This document shows, one piece after another, positions 18,406-28,330 of a DNA stretch of 48,244 nucleotides. Within the stretch, counting starts at the first letter, position 1. Each line of letters opens with the position of its first letter. A model generated the notes under the pieces. The model searched no databases. It was given only the letters and a program-made list of their open reading frames with translations, and was not told the origin of the DNA. The stretch comes from a virus: UHGV virus genome UHGV-0308199, one strand, 5' to 3'. The position numbers were made by a program, and so were the translations under genes.

Positions 18406-19065
18406 TTAACTAAATGTCTCTTCAGGCCACTGGCTGGCGATAACTTTCCCTACTACGGAACAGCTATCATTGCATGGGATCATTGGATATTGCGGGTTTA
18501 GTGGTTGTAGGAACACCTGACCGCTATCCCTGATCAGTTTCTTGAAGGTAAACTCGTCACCACCAAGTCTGGCTATGCAGAAATCACCTGGCTCAACAGC
18601 CTGCTCAGGGTCAACGAGAATTAACATCCCGTCAGGAAAGCTTGGCTTGGATCCTGTTGGTGCGGTCATGGAATTACCTTCAACTTCAAGCCAAAACGCA
18701 CAATCACTGGCTTTTTTGGTTGTGCTGACCCATCTCTCCGCATCACCTTTGGTAAAGGTTCTAAGCTCAGGCGAGAACATCCCGGCCTGAACATGAGAAA
18801 AAACAGGGTACTCATATTGTTTTTTAACGGGGGCAGATGAGTATTCGCCAACAGGTGAAAATGTACCGTCGTGGTTGAATGAGACGTTATCAATACCAAG
18901 GTATTTAAACACCACACCAATCTCGTCAAGAGATGGATGACGAGATCCGCGCAACCAGTGACCAATTCCACCCTGCGTCATACCAAGCTCTTCAGCTAAC
19001 TTCTCTTGAGTTATGCCGAGTTCTTTCATTCTGGATCTAGCCAGTTCATACCATTTCATTTTCAT
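18406..19065 (-). CDS. cI: CI-type repressor (HTH + S24 LexA-like peptidase domain)
   Basis: [23 protein letters not shown]; C-terminal EVEGNSM Ser motif; start at 19065 or 19059. Confidence 0.8.
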   Translation of the reverse strand: MKMKWYELARSRMKELGITQEKLAEELGMTQGGIGHWLRGSRHPSLDEIGVVFKYLGIDNVSFNHDGTFSPVGEYSSAPVKKQYEYPVFSHVQAGMFSPELRTFTKGDAERWVSTTKKASDCAFWLEVEGNSMTAPTGSKPSFPDGMLILVDPEQAVEPGDFCIARLGGDEFTFKKLIRDSGQVFLQPLNPQYPMIPCNDSCSVVGKVIASQWPEETFS

Positions 19066-19176
19066 ATCCTTATTATTACGCTCTGTACTAAAACCATCCA
19101 TGCACAAGATGTATTTTTTGTTTGCATTCCAAAAGTACATATCGTATTATTGTTTCATGGTTACTATGGAGGGCAT
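19066..19176. promoter_or_regulatory. OR / PRM-PR divergent promoter region with operator AGTACATATCGTATT (19134-19148)
   Basis: Intergenic between divergent cI and cro; operator shares 13/15 with OL site. Confidence 0.5.
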
Positions 19177-19392
19177 ATGAGCAACCTACGAAAATATCGA
19201 GAGTCACTGAATATCTCTCAAACAACACTTGCTAAGGCGGTTGGATGCACACAGGGAGCTATCGGACATTGGGAATCTGGTCGTCGCTTCCCAGACCTTA
19301 AAACATGCCGTGCTCTTGTTGCGTGCCTAAACAAGTTAGGCGCAAAAGTCAGTCTTGATGACGTGTTCCCACCGGAACACAAAGCCGCTTAA
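19177..19392 (+). CDS. cro: Cro-like HTH repressor
   Basis: 71 aa; ISQTTLAKAVGCTQGAIGHWESGRRFP HTH; GGAGGG RBS; start at internal Met of track ORF. Confidence 0.75.
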   Translation: MSNLRKYRESLNISQTTLAKAVGCTQGAIGHWESGRRFPDLKTCRALVACLNKLGAKVSLDDVFPPEHKAA

Positions 19393-19402
19393 TAAGCGGA
19401 TC

Positions 19403-19437
19403 CGCTCTTTATCAATCTGCACCGCCGACAACGCGGT
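19403..19437 (+). promoter_or_regulatory. nutR: boxA (CGCTCTTTA) + boxB (ACCGCCGACAACGCGGT)
   Basis: Directly downstream of cro; boxB hairpin ACCGC/GCGGT. Confidence 0.65.
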
Positions 19438-19501
19438 AACTAATTAATCACTCATCGAAAGATGAGTATTAGCGATTATTTACCTATGGAAATAGTAAGA
19501 A

Positions 19502-19798
19502 ATGGAACAAACAAGTTACAGCAAACTATCACAGCGCGACGTTGATCGCGCAGAAACAGATTTACTCATCAACCTGTCAACGCTTACCCAGCGCGGTCTG
19601 GCAAAGATGATTGGCTGTCATGAATCGAAGATAAGCAGAACGGACTGGAGATTTATTGCTTCGGTCTTGTGTGCTTTCGGAATGGCATCAGACATCAGTC
19701 CGATTAGCAGGGCTTTTAAGTATGCGCTTGATGGACTCACCAATAAAAAACGCCCGGCGGCAACCGAGCGTTCTGAACAAATCCAGATGGAGTTCTGA
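19502..19798 (+). CDS. cII: CII transcriptional activator (lambda type)
   Basis: 98 aa; C-terminus [20 protein letters not shown] as recalled for lambda CII. Confidence 0.8.
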   Translation: MEQTSYSKLSQRDVDRAETDLLINLSTLTQRGLAKMIGCHESKISRTDWRFIASVLCAFGMASDISPISRAFKYALDGLTNKKRPAATERSEQIQMEF

Positions 19799-19830
19799 GG
19801 TCATTACTGGATCAATCCACAGGAGTAATT

Positions 19831-19977
19831 ATGACAAAACAACTCAGTCCTTACCAGGACAAAATTCACAAACACATACTACGTGATCGCTTCCTGTCCA
19901 GCTTCAAGCAGCCTGGTCGATTTCGGGCTGAGTTGGAAAAAGTGAAGCTGATGCAGAAGGAGAAAGGTCATGAGTAA
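19831..19977 (+). CDS. small ORF (48 aa) between cII and O-like gene
   Basis: AGGAG RBS + ATG at 19831; stop overlaps O start; not in ORF track. Confidence 0.35.
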   Translation: MTKQLSPYQDKIHKHILRDRFLSSFKQPGRFRAELEKVKLMQKEKGHE

Positions 19978-20869
19978 CATATCTAATCTAGCCGAAGCCA
20001 GAGAGGCCAGAAGGCTACAACAACCGCATCAAAGCAGCGGTAAGGGGTATGCCTTGCTGCACCGTAAAATTATGGATGTGCCGTTTTACAAGGACGCAGA
20101 AGCAGCGCATCTGTGGGTTCACTTAATCCTCAAAGCAAAGCATACGCCTGAGTATGTAATGACTGACGCAGGAGAAATTCTGGTAGGCAGAGGGAAGCTA
20201 CTTGGCGGTAGAAACTCTCTGGCGTTTGAAACAGGACTCAAACCAGATCGCGTTCAGTACCTGCTTAGAAAGTTCAAAAAACTCGGCATGATTGACTGGG
20301 TTTCACACGGTAAATTCTCAGTTTTCTCGGTAGAGAAATATGACGATTATCAGTCAAGTTTTGTACCAGCAGATTACCAGCAAATTACCACCTCAAAGCC
20401 AGCAATACCAATGCCTGCAAGCAATACTGTACCAGCAGATTACCGGCAAATTACCACAGATAAAGAATATAATAATATTATCTCTAATACTGACGTATTA
20501 GAGAGTGCCACAGCAGACAAAAAGTCTGACAAGAAAAAACCTTCCGTCAGCTGTCAGGATGTTGTCGATGCTTACCACGAAATCCTTCCTGAAGCGCCAA
20601 GAATCCGCGCACTGAATGACAAGCGTAAAAACCAGATCCGAACGTTCTGGCGAAAAGCCGGAGTGATAACCCGCCAGCTTGACGGACATGGGTTCACGAT
20701 GCAGGACTGGAGAAATTATTTGAGCTACGTAGGCGAAAATTGCCGATGGATGTTCGAAGAACGCCCAAACCATCAACGCGGAACCGTCTGGCACAAAAAG
20801 GGATTTGATTTCCTGCTTAACGACAATACCTACCTGAAAGTTCGTGAGGGTGAACACGATGACCGATAA
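19970..20869 (+). CDS. replication initiator, O / P22 gene 18 type
   Basis: 299 aa; contains iteron-encoded peptide repeats [10 protein letters not shown] / [10 protein letters not shown]. Confidence 0.7.
   Translation: MSNISNLAEAREARRLQQPHQSSGKGYALLHRKIMDVPFYKDAEAAHLWVHLILKAKHTPEYVMTDAGEILVGRGKLLGGRNSLAFETGLKPDRVQYLLRKFKKLGMIDWVSHGKFSVFSVEKYDDYQSSFVPADYQQITTSKPAIPMPASNTVPADYRQITTDKEYNNIISNTDVLESATADKKSDKKKPSVSCQDVVDAYHEILPEAPRIRALNDKRKNQIRTFWRKAGVITRQLDGHGFTMQDWRNYLSYVGENCRWMFEERPNHQRGTVWHKKGFDFLLNDNTYLKVREGEHDDR
20363..20457. repeat. origin iterons inside O-like gene
   Basis: Two 29-bp direct repeats GTACCAGCAGATTACC(A/G)GCAAATTACCAC (28/29), each with two ATTACC cores. Confidence 0.6.
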
Positions 20870-22295
20870 TTTTTATGCGCCGCCCCATAGCATCGAGGCA
20901 GAGCAGGCGGTGATTGGTGGATTGCTTCTGGATGATGACAGCAGTGAGCGCGTCCAGAAAGTTCTGGCGATGCTGAAGCCTGATTCATTTTACAGCCGAC
21001 CACACAAAATCCTTTTCGAAGAAATAATCAGAATGCACCGGGAGCAAAAGCCAGTAGATGGCCTGACGCTTTTCGATGAACTGGATCGCAAATCATTAAC
21101 GGCGTCTGTTGGCGGTTTTGCTTATATCGCTGAGATCGCAAAGAACACGCCAAGCGCCGCAAACATCGTTGCCTATGCAATGCAGGTTCGTGAAACCGCA
21201 ATGGAACGCTACGCCATCAACCGCATGACTGAAGCGACGGAATTGCTCTATTCCCGCAACGGAATGACTGCAACGCAGAAGTACGAAGCTATTCAGGCGA
21301 TTTTCACGCAACTGACAGACCATGCAAAAACCGGATCGCGTCGCGGACTTCGCTCATTTGGTGATGTCATGGAAGACTGGGTTAGCGACCTTGAGAAGCG
21401 TTTTGACCCGTCAGGCGAACAACGAGGAATGAGCACAGGGATCCCATCGCTGGACAGGATGCTGTCACCGAAAGGTCTGGTGAAAGGCTCTCTGTTTGTC
21501 ATTGGCGCTCGCCCTAAGATGGGGAAAACGACGCTATACAGCCAGATGGCAATCAACTGCGCAGTGCATGAGAAAAAGCCCGCTCTGATGTTCAGCCTTG
21601 AAATGCCCGGTGACCAGATACTGGAAAAACTGGTAGGACAGAAGTCAGGTGTTAACCCGAATATTTTTTACCTTCCGGCGACAAATGACGCTGATGACGG
21701 CTATCAGGGTGATTACGATGGTGACTTCAACAGGGCGATCGAAACAGCCAATCGCTTGAGTGAAATCGACATGCTTTACATCGACGATACGCCGGGATTA
21801 TCTCTGGCTCAAATCGTCAGCGAAAGCCGTCGAATCAAGCGAGAAAAAGGATGTGTTGGCATGATTCTGGTCGATTACCTGACACTAATGACCGCTGAGA
21901 AGGCCGATCGCAACGACCTTGCTTACGGCATGATCACCAAAGGACTGAAGAACCTTGCCAAAGAGCTTGATTGCGTTGTTGTGCTTCTGACGCAGCTTAA
22001 CCGCGCACTGGAAAGCCGAACCAATAAACGCCCACTACCAAGTGACTCACGAGATACAGGGCAGATTGAACAGGATTGCGATTATTGGGTGGGGATCCAT
22101 CGTGAAGGTGCTTTTGATGACAGTGTTCCACCTGGTGAAACCGAACTAATCCTTCGTCTCAATCGTCATGGCAATACCGGCACGGTGTATTGCATTCAGG
22201 CAAATGGCGCTATTTATGACACAGACCAACAGTCTGCTGAAATGCGCCGACGTGAACGCGAGGAACCGCAGTCCAAGAAGAAAGGAGGATTCTGA
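20859..22295 (+). CDS. replicative DNA helicase, DnaB type (P22 gene 12-like)
   Basis: Walker A GARPKMGKTT; DnaB-like N-terminus; start at internal Met. Confidence 0.85.
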   Translation: MTDNFYAPPHSIEAEQAVIGGLLLDDDSSERVQKVLAMLKPDSFYSRPHKILFEEIIRMHREQKPVDGLTLFDELDRKSLTASVGGFAYIAEIAKNTPSAANIVAYAMQVRETAMERYAINRMTEATELLYSRNGMTATQKYEAIQAIFTQLTDHAKTGSRRGLRSFGDVMEDWVSDLEKRFDPSGEQRGMSTGIPSLDRMLSPKGLVKGSLFVIGARPKMGKTTLYSQMAINCAVHEKKPALMFSLEMPGDQILEKLVGQKSGVNPNIFYLPATNDADDGYQGDYDGDFNRAIETANRLSEIDMLYIDDTPGLSLAQIVSESRRIKREKGCVGMILVDYLTLMTAEKADRNDLAYGMITKGLKNLAKELDCVVVLLTQLNRALESRTNKRPLPSDSRDTGQIEQDCDYWVGIHREGAFDDSVPPGETELILRLNRHGNTGTVYCIQANGAIYDTDQQSAEMRRREREEPQSKKKGGF

Positions 22296-22323
22296 TGACC
22301 ATCTACATCACTGAGCTAATAAC

Positions 22324-22355
22324 AGGCCTGCTGGTAATCGCAGGCCTTTTTATTT
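22324..22355 (+). terminator. intrinsic terminator after helicase gene
   Basis: AGGCCTGC-tggtaatc-GCAGGCCT + TTTTTATTT. Confidence 0.6.
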
Positions 22356-22370
22356 GGGGGAGAGTAAATC

Positions 22371-22697
22371 GTGGCTGACTGGCAAATACCAATCATCATT
22401 CTTGCCGGAGCCTCGCTGGTTGCTGGCTTTATCCTGCTGAAAAAGCATAAAGACCGTGATCAAAAAGTCGAAGTTCTCTATGGGTATCCAGCGAACAGCA
22501 CAACATGGCTGACCATTTACCACTACCGAAAATCAGGCCGCTGGGTATTCGAATGGGATGATCTGTTCGCTGAAAAGCGACCAAAGTCATGGGGAGACAT
22601 CAGCGAATGCATGATGTTTGAAGAAAGAAAATCCGGCGCAACCCGAGAAGAGTTTAACGAAGCGTGGAGGCGATTAAGTGAGAGAGGGTATCAATGA
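22371..22697 (+). CDS. hypothetical membrane-anchored protein
   Basis: 108 aa; hydrophobic N-terminus; GTG start. Confidence 0.45.
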   Translation: MADWQIPIIILAGASLVAGFILLKKHKDRDQKVEVLYGYPANSTTWLTIYHYRKSGRWVFEWDDLFAEKRPKSWGDISECMMFEERKSGATREEFNEAWRRLSERGYQ

Positions 22698-22930
22698 GCA
22701 AAATTAAATCTGGTTATCCAGGGAATGGGGAATACCCGAAGCCATATTTACCTGTAACTGTGACCACTCAATCTAGGCATCCACATCATTTCAAGCAAAG
22801 TGGTACAGCTTATTGGAGTGGCAATCGGTGGATAGGTATTGATGGGTTCAAAATTGGGTATGCAAAGGTAATTAAATGGGAATTTAACATCGCAAACTGG
22901 AGTTCATCCCATGAGGAAACTAACGTTTGA
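22694..22930 (+). CDS. hypothetical protein
   Basis: 78 aa ORF. Confidence 0.4.
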   Translation: MSKIKSGYPGNGEYPKPYLPVTVTTQSRHPHHFKQSGTAYWSGNRWIGIDGFKIGYAKVIKWEFNIANWSSSHEETNV

Positions 22931-23498
22931 ACTAAGAAGCCACATCCATCAGCAGAACGCTATTCACGCAGTACAGCAAATCATTCCAGACCCAACCAAA
23001 CCAATCAATCAAATAACTCAGCAGAGACTTAAAGAAGTCCTTCTCTACGATGAGTTAACAGGGAAATTCACATGGAAAGTAAAGAAATGCCAGAGAATGA
23101 ATGCTGGGGATATCGCAGGGCATAAGAGTAGCGAAGGCTACTGGGTAATAAAAGTCGATGGAAAACTTTATAAGGCACACAGGCTGGCGTGGCTCTATAT
23201 GAATGGCAGTCTACCAAAAAGTGATATCGACCACATAAATCTCGTTAGGGATGACAATCGTATAGCAAATCTTAGATTGGCAACTCGATCTCAAAACATC
23301 CAAAACGTAAACAAAAAGGCAAATAACAAATCAGGATATAAAGGCGTTTCATGGGATAAGAAATCAAGAAAATGGAGGGCGCAAATCGTAATCAACAAGA
23401 GGAAAGTTAATCTTGGGTTTTACGATGACCCAAAGGAAGCTCATAAAGTATATGCAAATAAAGCGGATGAATGTTTCGGCGAATTTGCGAGGTATTAA
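22911..23498 (+). CDS. HNH homing endonuclease (HNH + AP2-like domain) fused to a NinB N-terminal segment
   Basis: First 32 aa MRKLTFELRSHIHQQNAIHAVQQIIPDPTKPI match the NinB N-terminus I recall; remainder HRLAWLYMNGSLPKSDIDHINLVRDDNRIANLRL...GYKGVSWDKKSRKWRAQI is HNH/AP2. Confidence 0.8.
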   Translation: MRKLTFELRSHIHQQNAIHAVQQIIPDPTKPINQITQQRLKEVLLYDELTGKFTWKVKKCQRMNAGDIAGHKSSEGYWVIKVDGKLYKAHRLAWLYMNGSLPKSDIDHINLVRDDNRIANLRLATRSQNIQNVNKKANNKSGYKGVSWDKKSRKWRAQIVINKRKVNLGFYDDPKEAHKVYANKADECFGEFARY

Positions 23499-23499
23499 A

Positions 23500-23928
23500 A
23501 TGAAATGTGTCAAATATCACCTTACTAATGAATCTATAAGATATAACGCCATTCAGTATCTTAGGACATGCGATTTAGACATCATTGTCGAGTTTAAGCA
23601 GCGCAACCGCAGCTTAGACCAAAACCGAAAGCTTTGGGCTTGCCTTGGTGACGTCTCTCGTCAGGTTGAATGGCATGGTCGCTGGCTGGATGCAGAAAGC
23701 TGGAAGTGTGTGTTTACCGCAGCATTAAAGCAGCAGGACGTTGTTCCTAACCTTGCCGGGAATGGCTTTGTGGTAATAGGCCAGTCAACCAGCAGGATGC
23801 GTGTAAGCGAATTTGCGGAGCTATTAGAGCTTATACAGGCATTCGGTACAGAGCGTGGCGTTAAGTGGTCAGACGAAGCGCGACTGGCTCTGGAGTGGAA
23901 AGCGAGATGGGGAGACAGGGCTGCATGA
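23500..23928 (+). CDS. ninB: NinB (Orf-family recombination mediator)
   Basis: QRNRSLDQNRKLWACLGDVSRQVEWHGRWLDAESWKC...[11 protein letters not shown] matches recalled lambda NinB; ATG 1 nt after HNH stop. Confidence 0.8.
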   Translation: MKCVKYHLTNESIRYNAIQYLRTCDLDIIVEFKQRNRSLDQNRKLWACLGDVSRQVEWHGRWLDAESWKCVFTAALKQQDVVPNLAGNGFVVIGQSTSRMRVSEFAELLELIQAFGTERGVKWSDEARLALEWKARWGDRAA

Positions 23929-24797
23929 TAAATGTCGTTAGTTTCTCCGGTGGCAGGACGTCAGCATATTTGCTCTGGCTAATGGAGCAAAAGCGTCGGG
24001 CAGGTAAAGACGTGCATTACGTTTTCATGGATACAGGTTGTGAACATCCAATGACATATCGGTTTGTCAGGGAAGTTGTGAAGTTCTGGGATATACCGCT
24101 CACCGTATTGCAGGTTGATATCAACCCGGAGCTTGGACAGCCAAATGGTTATACGGTATGGGAACCAAAGGATATTCAGACGCGAATGCCTGTTCTGAAG
24201 CCATTTATCGATATGGTAAAGAAATATGGCACTCCATACGTCGGCGGCGCGTTCTGCACTGACAGATTAAAACTCGTTCCCTTCACCAAATACTGTGATG
24301 ACCATTTCGGGCGAGGGAATTACACCACGTGGATTGGCATCAGAGCTGATGAACCGAAGCGGCTAAAGCCAAAGCCTGGAATCAGATATCTTGCTGAACT
24401 GTCAGACTTTGAGAAGGAAGATATCCTCGCATGGTGGAAGCAACAACCATTCGATTTGCAAATACCGGAACATCTCGGTAACTGCATATTCTGCATTAAA
24501 AAATCAACGCAAAAAATCGGACTTGCCTGCAAAGATGAGGAGGGATTGCAGCGTGTTTTTAATGAGGTCATCACGGGATCCCATGTGCGTGACGGACATC
24601 GGGAAACGCCAAAGGAGATTATGTACCGAGGAAGAATGTCGCTGGACGGTATCGCGAAAATGTATTCAGAAAATGATTATCAAGCCCTGTATCAGGACAT
24701 GGTACGAGCTAAAAGATTCGATACCGGCTCTTGTTCTGAGTCATGCGAAATATTTGGAGGGCAGCTTGATTTCGACTTCGGGAGGGAAGCTGCATGA
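23925..24797 (+). CDS. NinC-like PAPS-reductase-fold protein
   Basis: [15 protein letters not shown]-loop-like motif; start overlaps ninB stop (ATGA). Confidence 0.65.
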   Translation: MINVVSFSGGRTSAYLLWLMEQKRRAGKDVHYVFMDTGCEHPMTYRFVREVVKFWDIPLTVLQVDINPELGQPNGYTVWEPKDIQTRMPVLKPFIDMVKKYGTPYVGGAFCTDRLKLVPFTKYCDDHFGRGNYTTWIGIRADEPKRLKPKPGIRYLAELSDFEKEDILAWWKQQPFDLQIPEHLGNCIFCIKKSTQKIGLACKDEEGLQRVFNEVITGSHVRDGHRETPKEIMYRGRMSLDGIAKMYSENDYQALYQDMVRAKRFDTGSCSESCEIFGGQLDFDFGREAA

Positions 24798-25045
24798 TGC
24801 GATGTTATCGGTGCGGTGAATGCAAAGAAGATAACCGCTTCCGACCAAATCAACCTTACTGGAATCGATGGTGTCTCCGGTGTGAAAGAACACCAACAGG
24901 GGTGTTACCACTACCGCAGGAAAAGGAGGACGTGTGGCGAGACAGCGACGAAGTTTCACCGACATCATCTGTGAAAACTGCAAATACCTTCCAACGAAAC
25001 GCTCCAGAAATAAACGCAAGCCAATCCCAAAAGAATCTGACGTAA
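24794..25045 (+). CDS. NinD-like zinc-ribbon protein (3' extent uncertain)
   Basis: [11 protein letters not shown]...CLRCE Cys pairs; ORF overlaps NinE frame. Confidence 0.45.
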   Translation: MMRCYRCGECKEDNRFRPNQPYWNRWCLRCERTPTGVLPLPQEKEDVWRDSDEVSPTSSVKTANTFQRNAPEINASQSQKNLT

Positions 25046-25110
25046 AAACCTTCAACTACACGGCTCACCTGTGGGATATCCGGTGGCTAAGACATCGTGC
25101 GAGGAAATGA
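24934..25110 (+). CDS. ninE: NinE
   Basis: 58 aa (GTG start) ...[56 protein letters not shown]; below ORF-track cutoff. Confidence 0.6.
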   Translation: MARQRRSFTDIICENCKYLPTKRSRNKRKPIPKESDVKTFNYTAHLWDIRWLRHRARK

Positions 25111-25472
25111 CAATGGATTATTCACAGTTAAGTGATTTTGAAATTAACGTGGCGGTATTCGAAGCCATTCATAACGGATCACCGGATTACAAAGAAGGTG
25201 AGAATGGCGATATGGTGTTTGTCTCATTTGAGGGAGACATTGTAAACGGAGACGCAGTTGAAGTAGAAGTTGAGCGCGGATCCTTTAACCCATGCGCAAA
25301 CCCAGCAGACGCATGGCCGATTATTGAAAAATACAGGATTAGCATTATCAATCTCGATGAAGACGAGTGGGGTGCACGCGGTGTGGCCTACTGTAAATCT
25401 AAGCGAGCTATACATGAAAATCCCCTCCGCGCCGCCATGATTGTCTTTCTCATGATGCAGAGAATCCAATAA
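25107..25472 (+). CDS. NinX-like protein
   Basis: ~121 aa starting MTMDYSQL; position between ninE and ninF as in P22. Confidence 0.5.
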   Translation: MTMDYSQLSDFEINVAVFEAIHNGSPDYKEGENGDMVFVSFEGDIVNGDAVEVEVERGSFNPCANPADAWPIIEKYRISIINLDEDEWGARGVAYCKSKRAIHENPLRAAMIVFLMMQRIQ

Positions 25473-25648
25473 TGCTTAGCCCATCCCAATCCCTTCAATA
25501 CCAGAAAGAAAGCGTCGAGCGAGCTTTAACGTGCGCTAACTGCGGTCAGAAGCTGCATGTGCTTGAAGTTCACGTGTGCTCCGATTGCTGCGCAGAACTG
25601 ATGAGCGATCCGAATAGCTCAATGTACGAGGAAGAAGACGATGGCTAA
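25472..25648 (+). CDS. ninF: NinF
   Basis: 58 aa [44 protein letters not shown]...; below ORF-track cutoff. Confidence 0.55.
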   Translation: MLSPSQSLQYQKESVERALTCANCGQKLHVLEVHVCSDCCAELMSDPNSSMYEEEDDG

Positions 25649-26252
25649 ACCAGCGCGAAGACGATGTAAAAACGATGAATGCCGGGAATGGTTTCACCCT
25701 GCATTCTCTAATCAGTGGTGGTGCTCTCCAGAGTGTGGAACCAAGATAGCACTAGAGCGACGAAGCAAAGAACGCGAAAAAGCGGAAAAAGCAGCAGAGA
25801 AGAAACGACGACGAGAGGAGCAGAAACAGAAAGATAAACTTAAGATTCGAAAACTCGCCTTAAAGCCCCGCAGTTACTGGATTAAACAAGCCCAACAAGC
25901 CGTAAACGCCTTCATCAGAGAAAGAGACCGCGACTTACCATGTATCTCGTGCGGAACGCTCACGTCTGCTCAGTGGGATGCCGGACATTACCGGACAACT
26001 GCTGCGGCACCTCAACTCCGATTTGATGAACGCAATATTCACAAGCAATGCGTGGTGTGCAACCAGCACAAAAGCGGAAATCTCGTTCCGTATCGCGTCG
26101 AACTGATTAATCGCATCGGGCAGGAAGCAGTAGACGAAATCGAATCAAACCATAACCGCCATCGCTGGACTGTCGAAGAGTGCAGGGCCATCAAGGCGGA
26201 GTATCAGCAGAAACTCAAAGACCTGCGAAATAGCAGAAGTGAGGCCGCATGA
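25641..26252 (+). CDS. ninG: NinG / Rap recombination endonuclease
   Basis: 203 aa; Cys-rich N-terminus, CISCG...HYRT...CVVCNQHK motifs. Confidence 0.8.
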   Translation: MAKPARRRCKNDECREWFHPAFSNQWWCSPECGTKIALERRSKEREKAEKAAEKKRRREEQKQKDKLKIRKLALKPRSYWIKQAQQAVNAFIRERDRDLPCISCGTLTSAQWDAGHYRTTAAAPQLRFDERNIHKQCVVCNQHKSGNLVPYRVELINRIGQEAVDEIESNHNRHRWTVEECRAIKAEYQQKLKDLRNSRSEAA

Positions 26253-26455
26253 CGTTCTCAGTAAAAACCATTCCAGACATGCTCGTTGAAGCATACGGAA
26301 ACCAGACAGAAGTAGCACGCAGACTGAAATGTAGTCGCGGCACGGTCAGAAAATACGTTGATGATAAAGACGGGAAAATGCACGCCATCGTCAACGGCGT
26401 TCTAATGGTTCATCGCGGATGGAGTGAAAGAGATGCGCTATTACGAAAGAATTGA
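26249..26455 (+). CDS. ninH: NinH
   Basis: 68 aa; HTH-like [17 protein letters not shown]. Confidence 0.65.
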   Translation: MTFSVKTIPDMLVEAYGNQTEVARRLKCSRGTVRKYVDDKDGKMHAIVNGVLMVHRGWSERDALLRKN

Positions 26456-27104
26456 TGGCAGCAAATACCGAAATATTTGGGTAGTTGGCGACCTGCACGG
26501 ATGCTACACGAACCTGATGAACAAACTGGATACGATTGGATTCGACAACAAAAAAGACCTGCTTATCTCGGTGGGCGATTTGGTTGATCGTGGTGCAGAG
26601 AACGTTGAATGCCTGGAATTAATCACATTCCCCTGGTTCAGAGCTGTACGTGGAAACCATGAGCACATGATGATTGATGGCTTATCAGAGCGTGGAAACG
26701 TCAATCACTGGCTGTTTAATGGCGGTGGCTGGTTCTTTAATCTCGATTACGACAAAGAAATTCTGGCTAAAGCTCTTGCCCATAAAGCAGATGAACTTCC
26801 GTTAATCATCGAGCTGGTGAGCAAAGATAAAAAATATGTCATTTGCCACGCCGATTATCCTTGTAACGAATACGAGTTTGGAAAGTCAGTTGATCATCAG
26901 CAGGTAATCTGGAACCGCGAACGAATCAGCAACTCACAAGACGGGATCGTGAAAGAAATCAAAGGAGCGGACACGTTCATCTTTGGTCATACGCCAGCAG
27001 TGAAACCACTCAAGTTTGCCAACCAGATGTATATCGATACCGGCGCAGTGTTCTGCGGAAACCTCACATTGATTCAGGTACAGGGAGAAGGCGCGTGGGC
27101 ATAA
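26433..27104 (+). CDS. Ser/Thr protein phosphatase (NinI, lambda PPase type)
   Basis: GDLHG, GDLVDRG, GNHE metallophosphatase motifs. Confidence 0.85.
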   Translation: MRYYERIDGSKYRNIWVVGDLHGCYTNLMNKLDTIGFDNKKDLLISVGDLVDRGAENVECLELITFPWFRAVRGNHEHMMIDGLSERGNVNHWLFNGGGWFFNLDYDKEILAKALAHKADELPLIIELVSKDKKYVICHADYPCNEYEFGKSVDHQQVIWNRERISNSQDGIVKEIKGADTFIFGHTPAVKPLKFANQMYIDTGAVFCGNLTLIQVQGEGAWA

Positions 27105-27613
27105 GAGAACTAAACCTCACCAAAGAGCAGCACGAGTGGCTGAATGGCTGGCTTGAACTGTGGGGCGCATGGGTTTATTCAGGTCGTCTGGAAAAGCGCA
27201 TGAGCAGCGTAATAGCGAAGTTCATGGAGAGCGTAGAGCCGGGAAGAGTTATGACAAGGCCAATGTGCAATGATGATGATGGAATGTTGATTTCTCAGGT
27301 CGTCGATTCCGTCATGTACATTGACAAGAAAGCCTTTGGCATCCTCCTCAGCTACTACGCTCATGGTTCATCTAAGCGAGCAATTGCATCCTACTATCAC
27401 GCGACTGCAAAGCCACGCAAGATGTGTGGACGTGGTGGCGAGGGATGGAGAAAACCTTCACTGGCAACCTGTAGAAACGAAATTGACGACATCCTGAAAG
27501 CGTCATTATTTGTTTTATACCAGCCAATGCAAAATGCTTTCAAAATGCGTAAACGTGTTGAGAAAGTTAAGCATGTTGCTGTTAAAAGTCTTGACATGCA
27601 ATTAGCCATTTAG
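27095..27613 (+). CDS. Q: late-gene antiterminator Q (phage 82 / QuuD type)
   Basis: WLELWGAW...[12 protein letters not shown] pattern and position before lysis genes. Confidence 0.65.
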   Translation: MGIRELNLTKEQHEWLNGWLELWGAWVYSGRLEKRMSSVIAKFMESVEPGRVMTRPMCNDDDGMLISQVVDSVMYIDKKAFGILLSYYAHGSSKRAIASYYHATAKPRKMCGRGGEGWRKPSLATCRNEIDDILKASLFVLYQPMQNAFKMRKRVEKVKHVAVKSLDMQLAI

Positions 27614-27660
27614 CCATAATATTCACATATGCTGCTGCTTTTGCATTCAGCAACCATCAC

Positions 27661-27686
27661 AAGCCCACCTCCTGTGGGCTTTTTTG
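27661..27686 (+). terminator. intrinsic terminator downstream of Q (candidate tR')
   Basis: AAGCCCAC-ctcct-GTGGGCTT + TTTTT. Confidence 0.65.
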
Positions 27687-27807
27687 CATTCGCGTGCAAT
27701 CAAAACAAGAGTCTTAGTGATATGGGCCTGAGATATGGTGGTGGAAACATCGCTCCGCTCTTGGCTGTCATATCTACGCGAACAGGCTCTATCCCTAAGG
27801 TAAAGCG

Positions 27808-28320
27808 ATGAAAGAAATAAAATTAACGCCAGAAATGGTGCTTTCTGTTGTTGATTACAATCCATCATCAGGCGACTTTCACTGGAGATGGAGGCAGGGG
27901 AGAGAGAGGACCACTTTGACATGGAACTCTCGTTTTGCTTTCAAGAAATGCTCATCAATAAATTCTGATGGGTATTTAATGATTATGATTAATGGTAAAG
28001 CATACCCTGCTCACAGACTGGCATGGTTGATTGTTTATGGCACCATGCCCGATGGTTTTATTGATCACATCAACAGGGTAAGAACAGATAACCGGATATC
28101 AAATCTTCGTCTTGTCACTCATTCCGAAAATATGCAAAACAGGAAAATTCAGAAGAATAATAAATCTGGATACCGTGGCGTGTCTTGGGATGCTAAGTAC
28201 GGGAAATGGAGAGCAAGAATTAATGCGTCTGGAAAGTGTATTAACCTTGGATACCATGACACTGCCGAACTTGCCGCTGCGGCTTTTGAGGCAGCCAGAA
28301 TGAAATATCATACCGTTTAA
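27808..28320 (+). CDS. HNH homing endonuclease (HNH + AP2-like), second copy
   Basis: 170 aa; AHRLAWLIVYGTMPDGFIDHINRVRTDNRISNLRL...GYRGVSWDAKYGKWRARI; paralogous to 22911..23498. Confidence 0.8.
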   Translation: MKEIKLTPEMVLSVVDYNPSSGDFHWRWRQGRERTTLTWNSRFAFKKCSSINSDGYLMIMINGKAYPAHRLAWLIVYGTMPDGFIDHINRVRTDNRISNLRLVTHSENMQNRKIQKNNKSGYRGVSWDAKYGKWRARINASGKCINLGYHDTAELAAAAFEAARMKYHTV

Positions 28321-28330
28321 AGATGTAAGC

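Noticed and set aside
22295-22378. 27-aa hydrophobic ORF after the helicase gene
   Set aside because: It coincides with a strong intrinsic terminator hairpin and T tract; more likely a terminator than a gene.
23010-23580. Group I intron interrupting ninB
   Set aside because: The endonuclease ORF fills almost all of the inserted DNA, leaving ~80 nt, too little for a ribozyme core; a complete ninB restarts directly after it.
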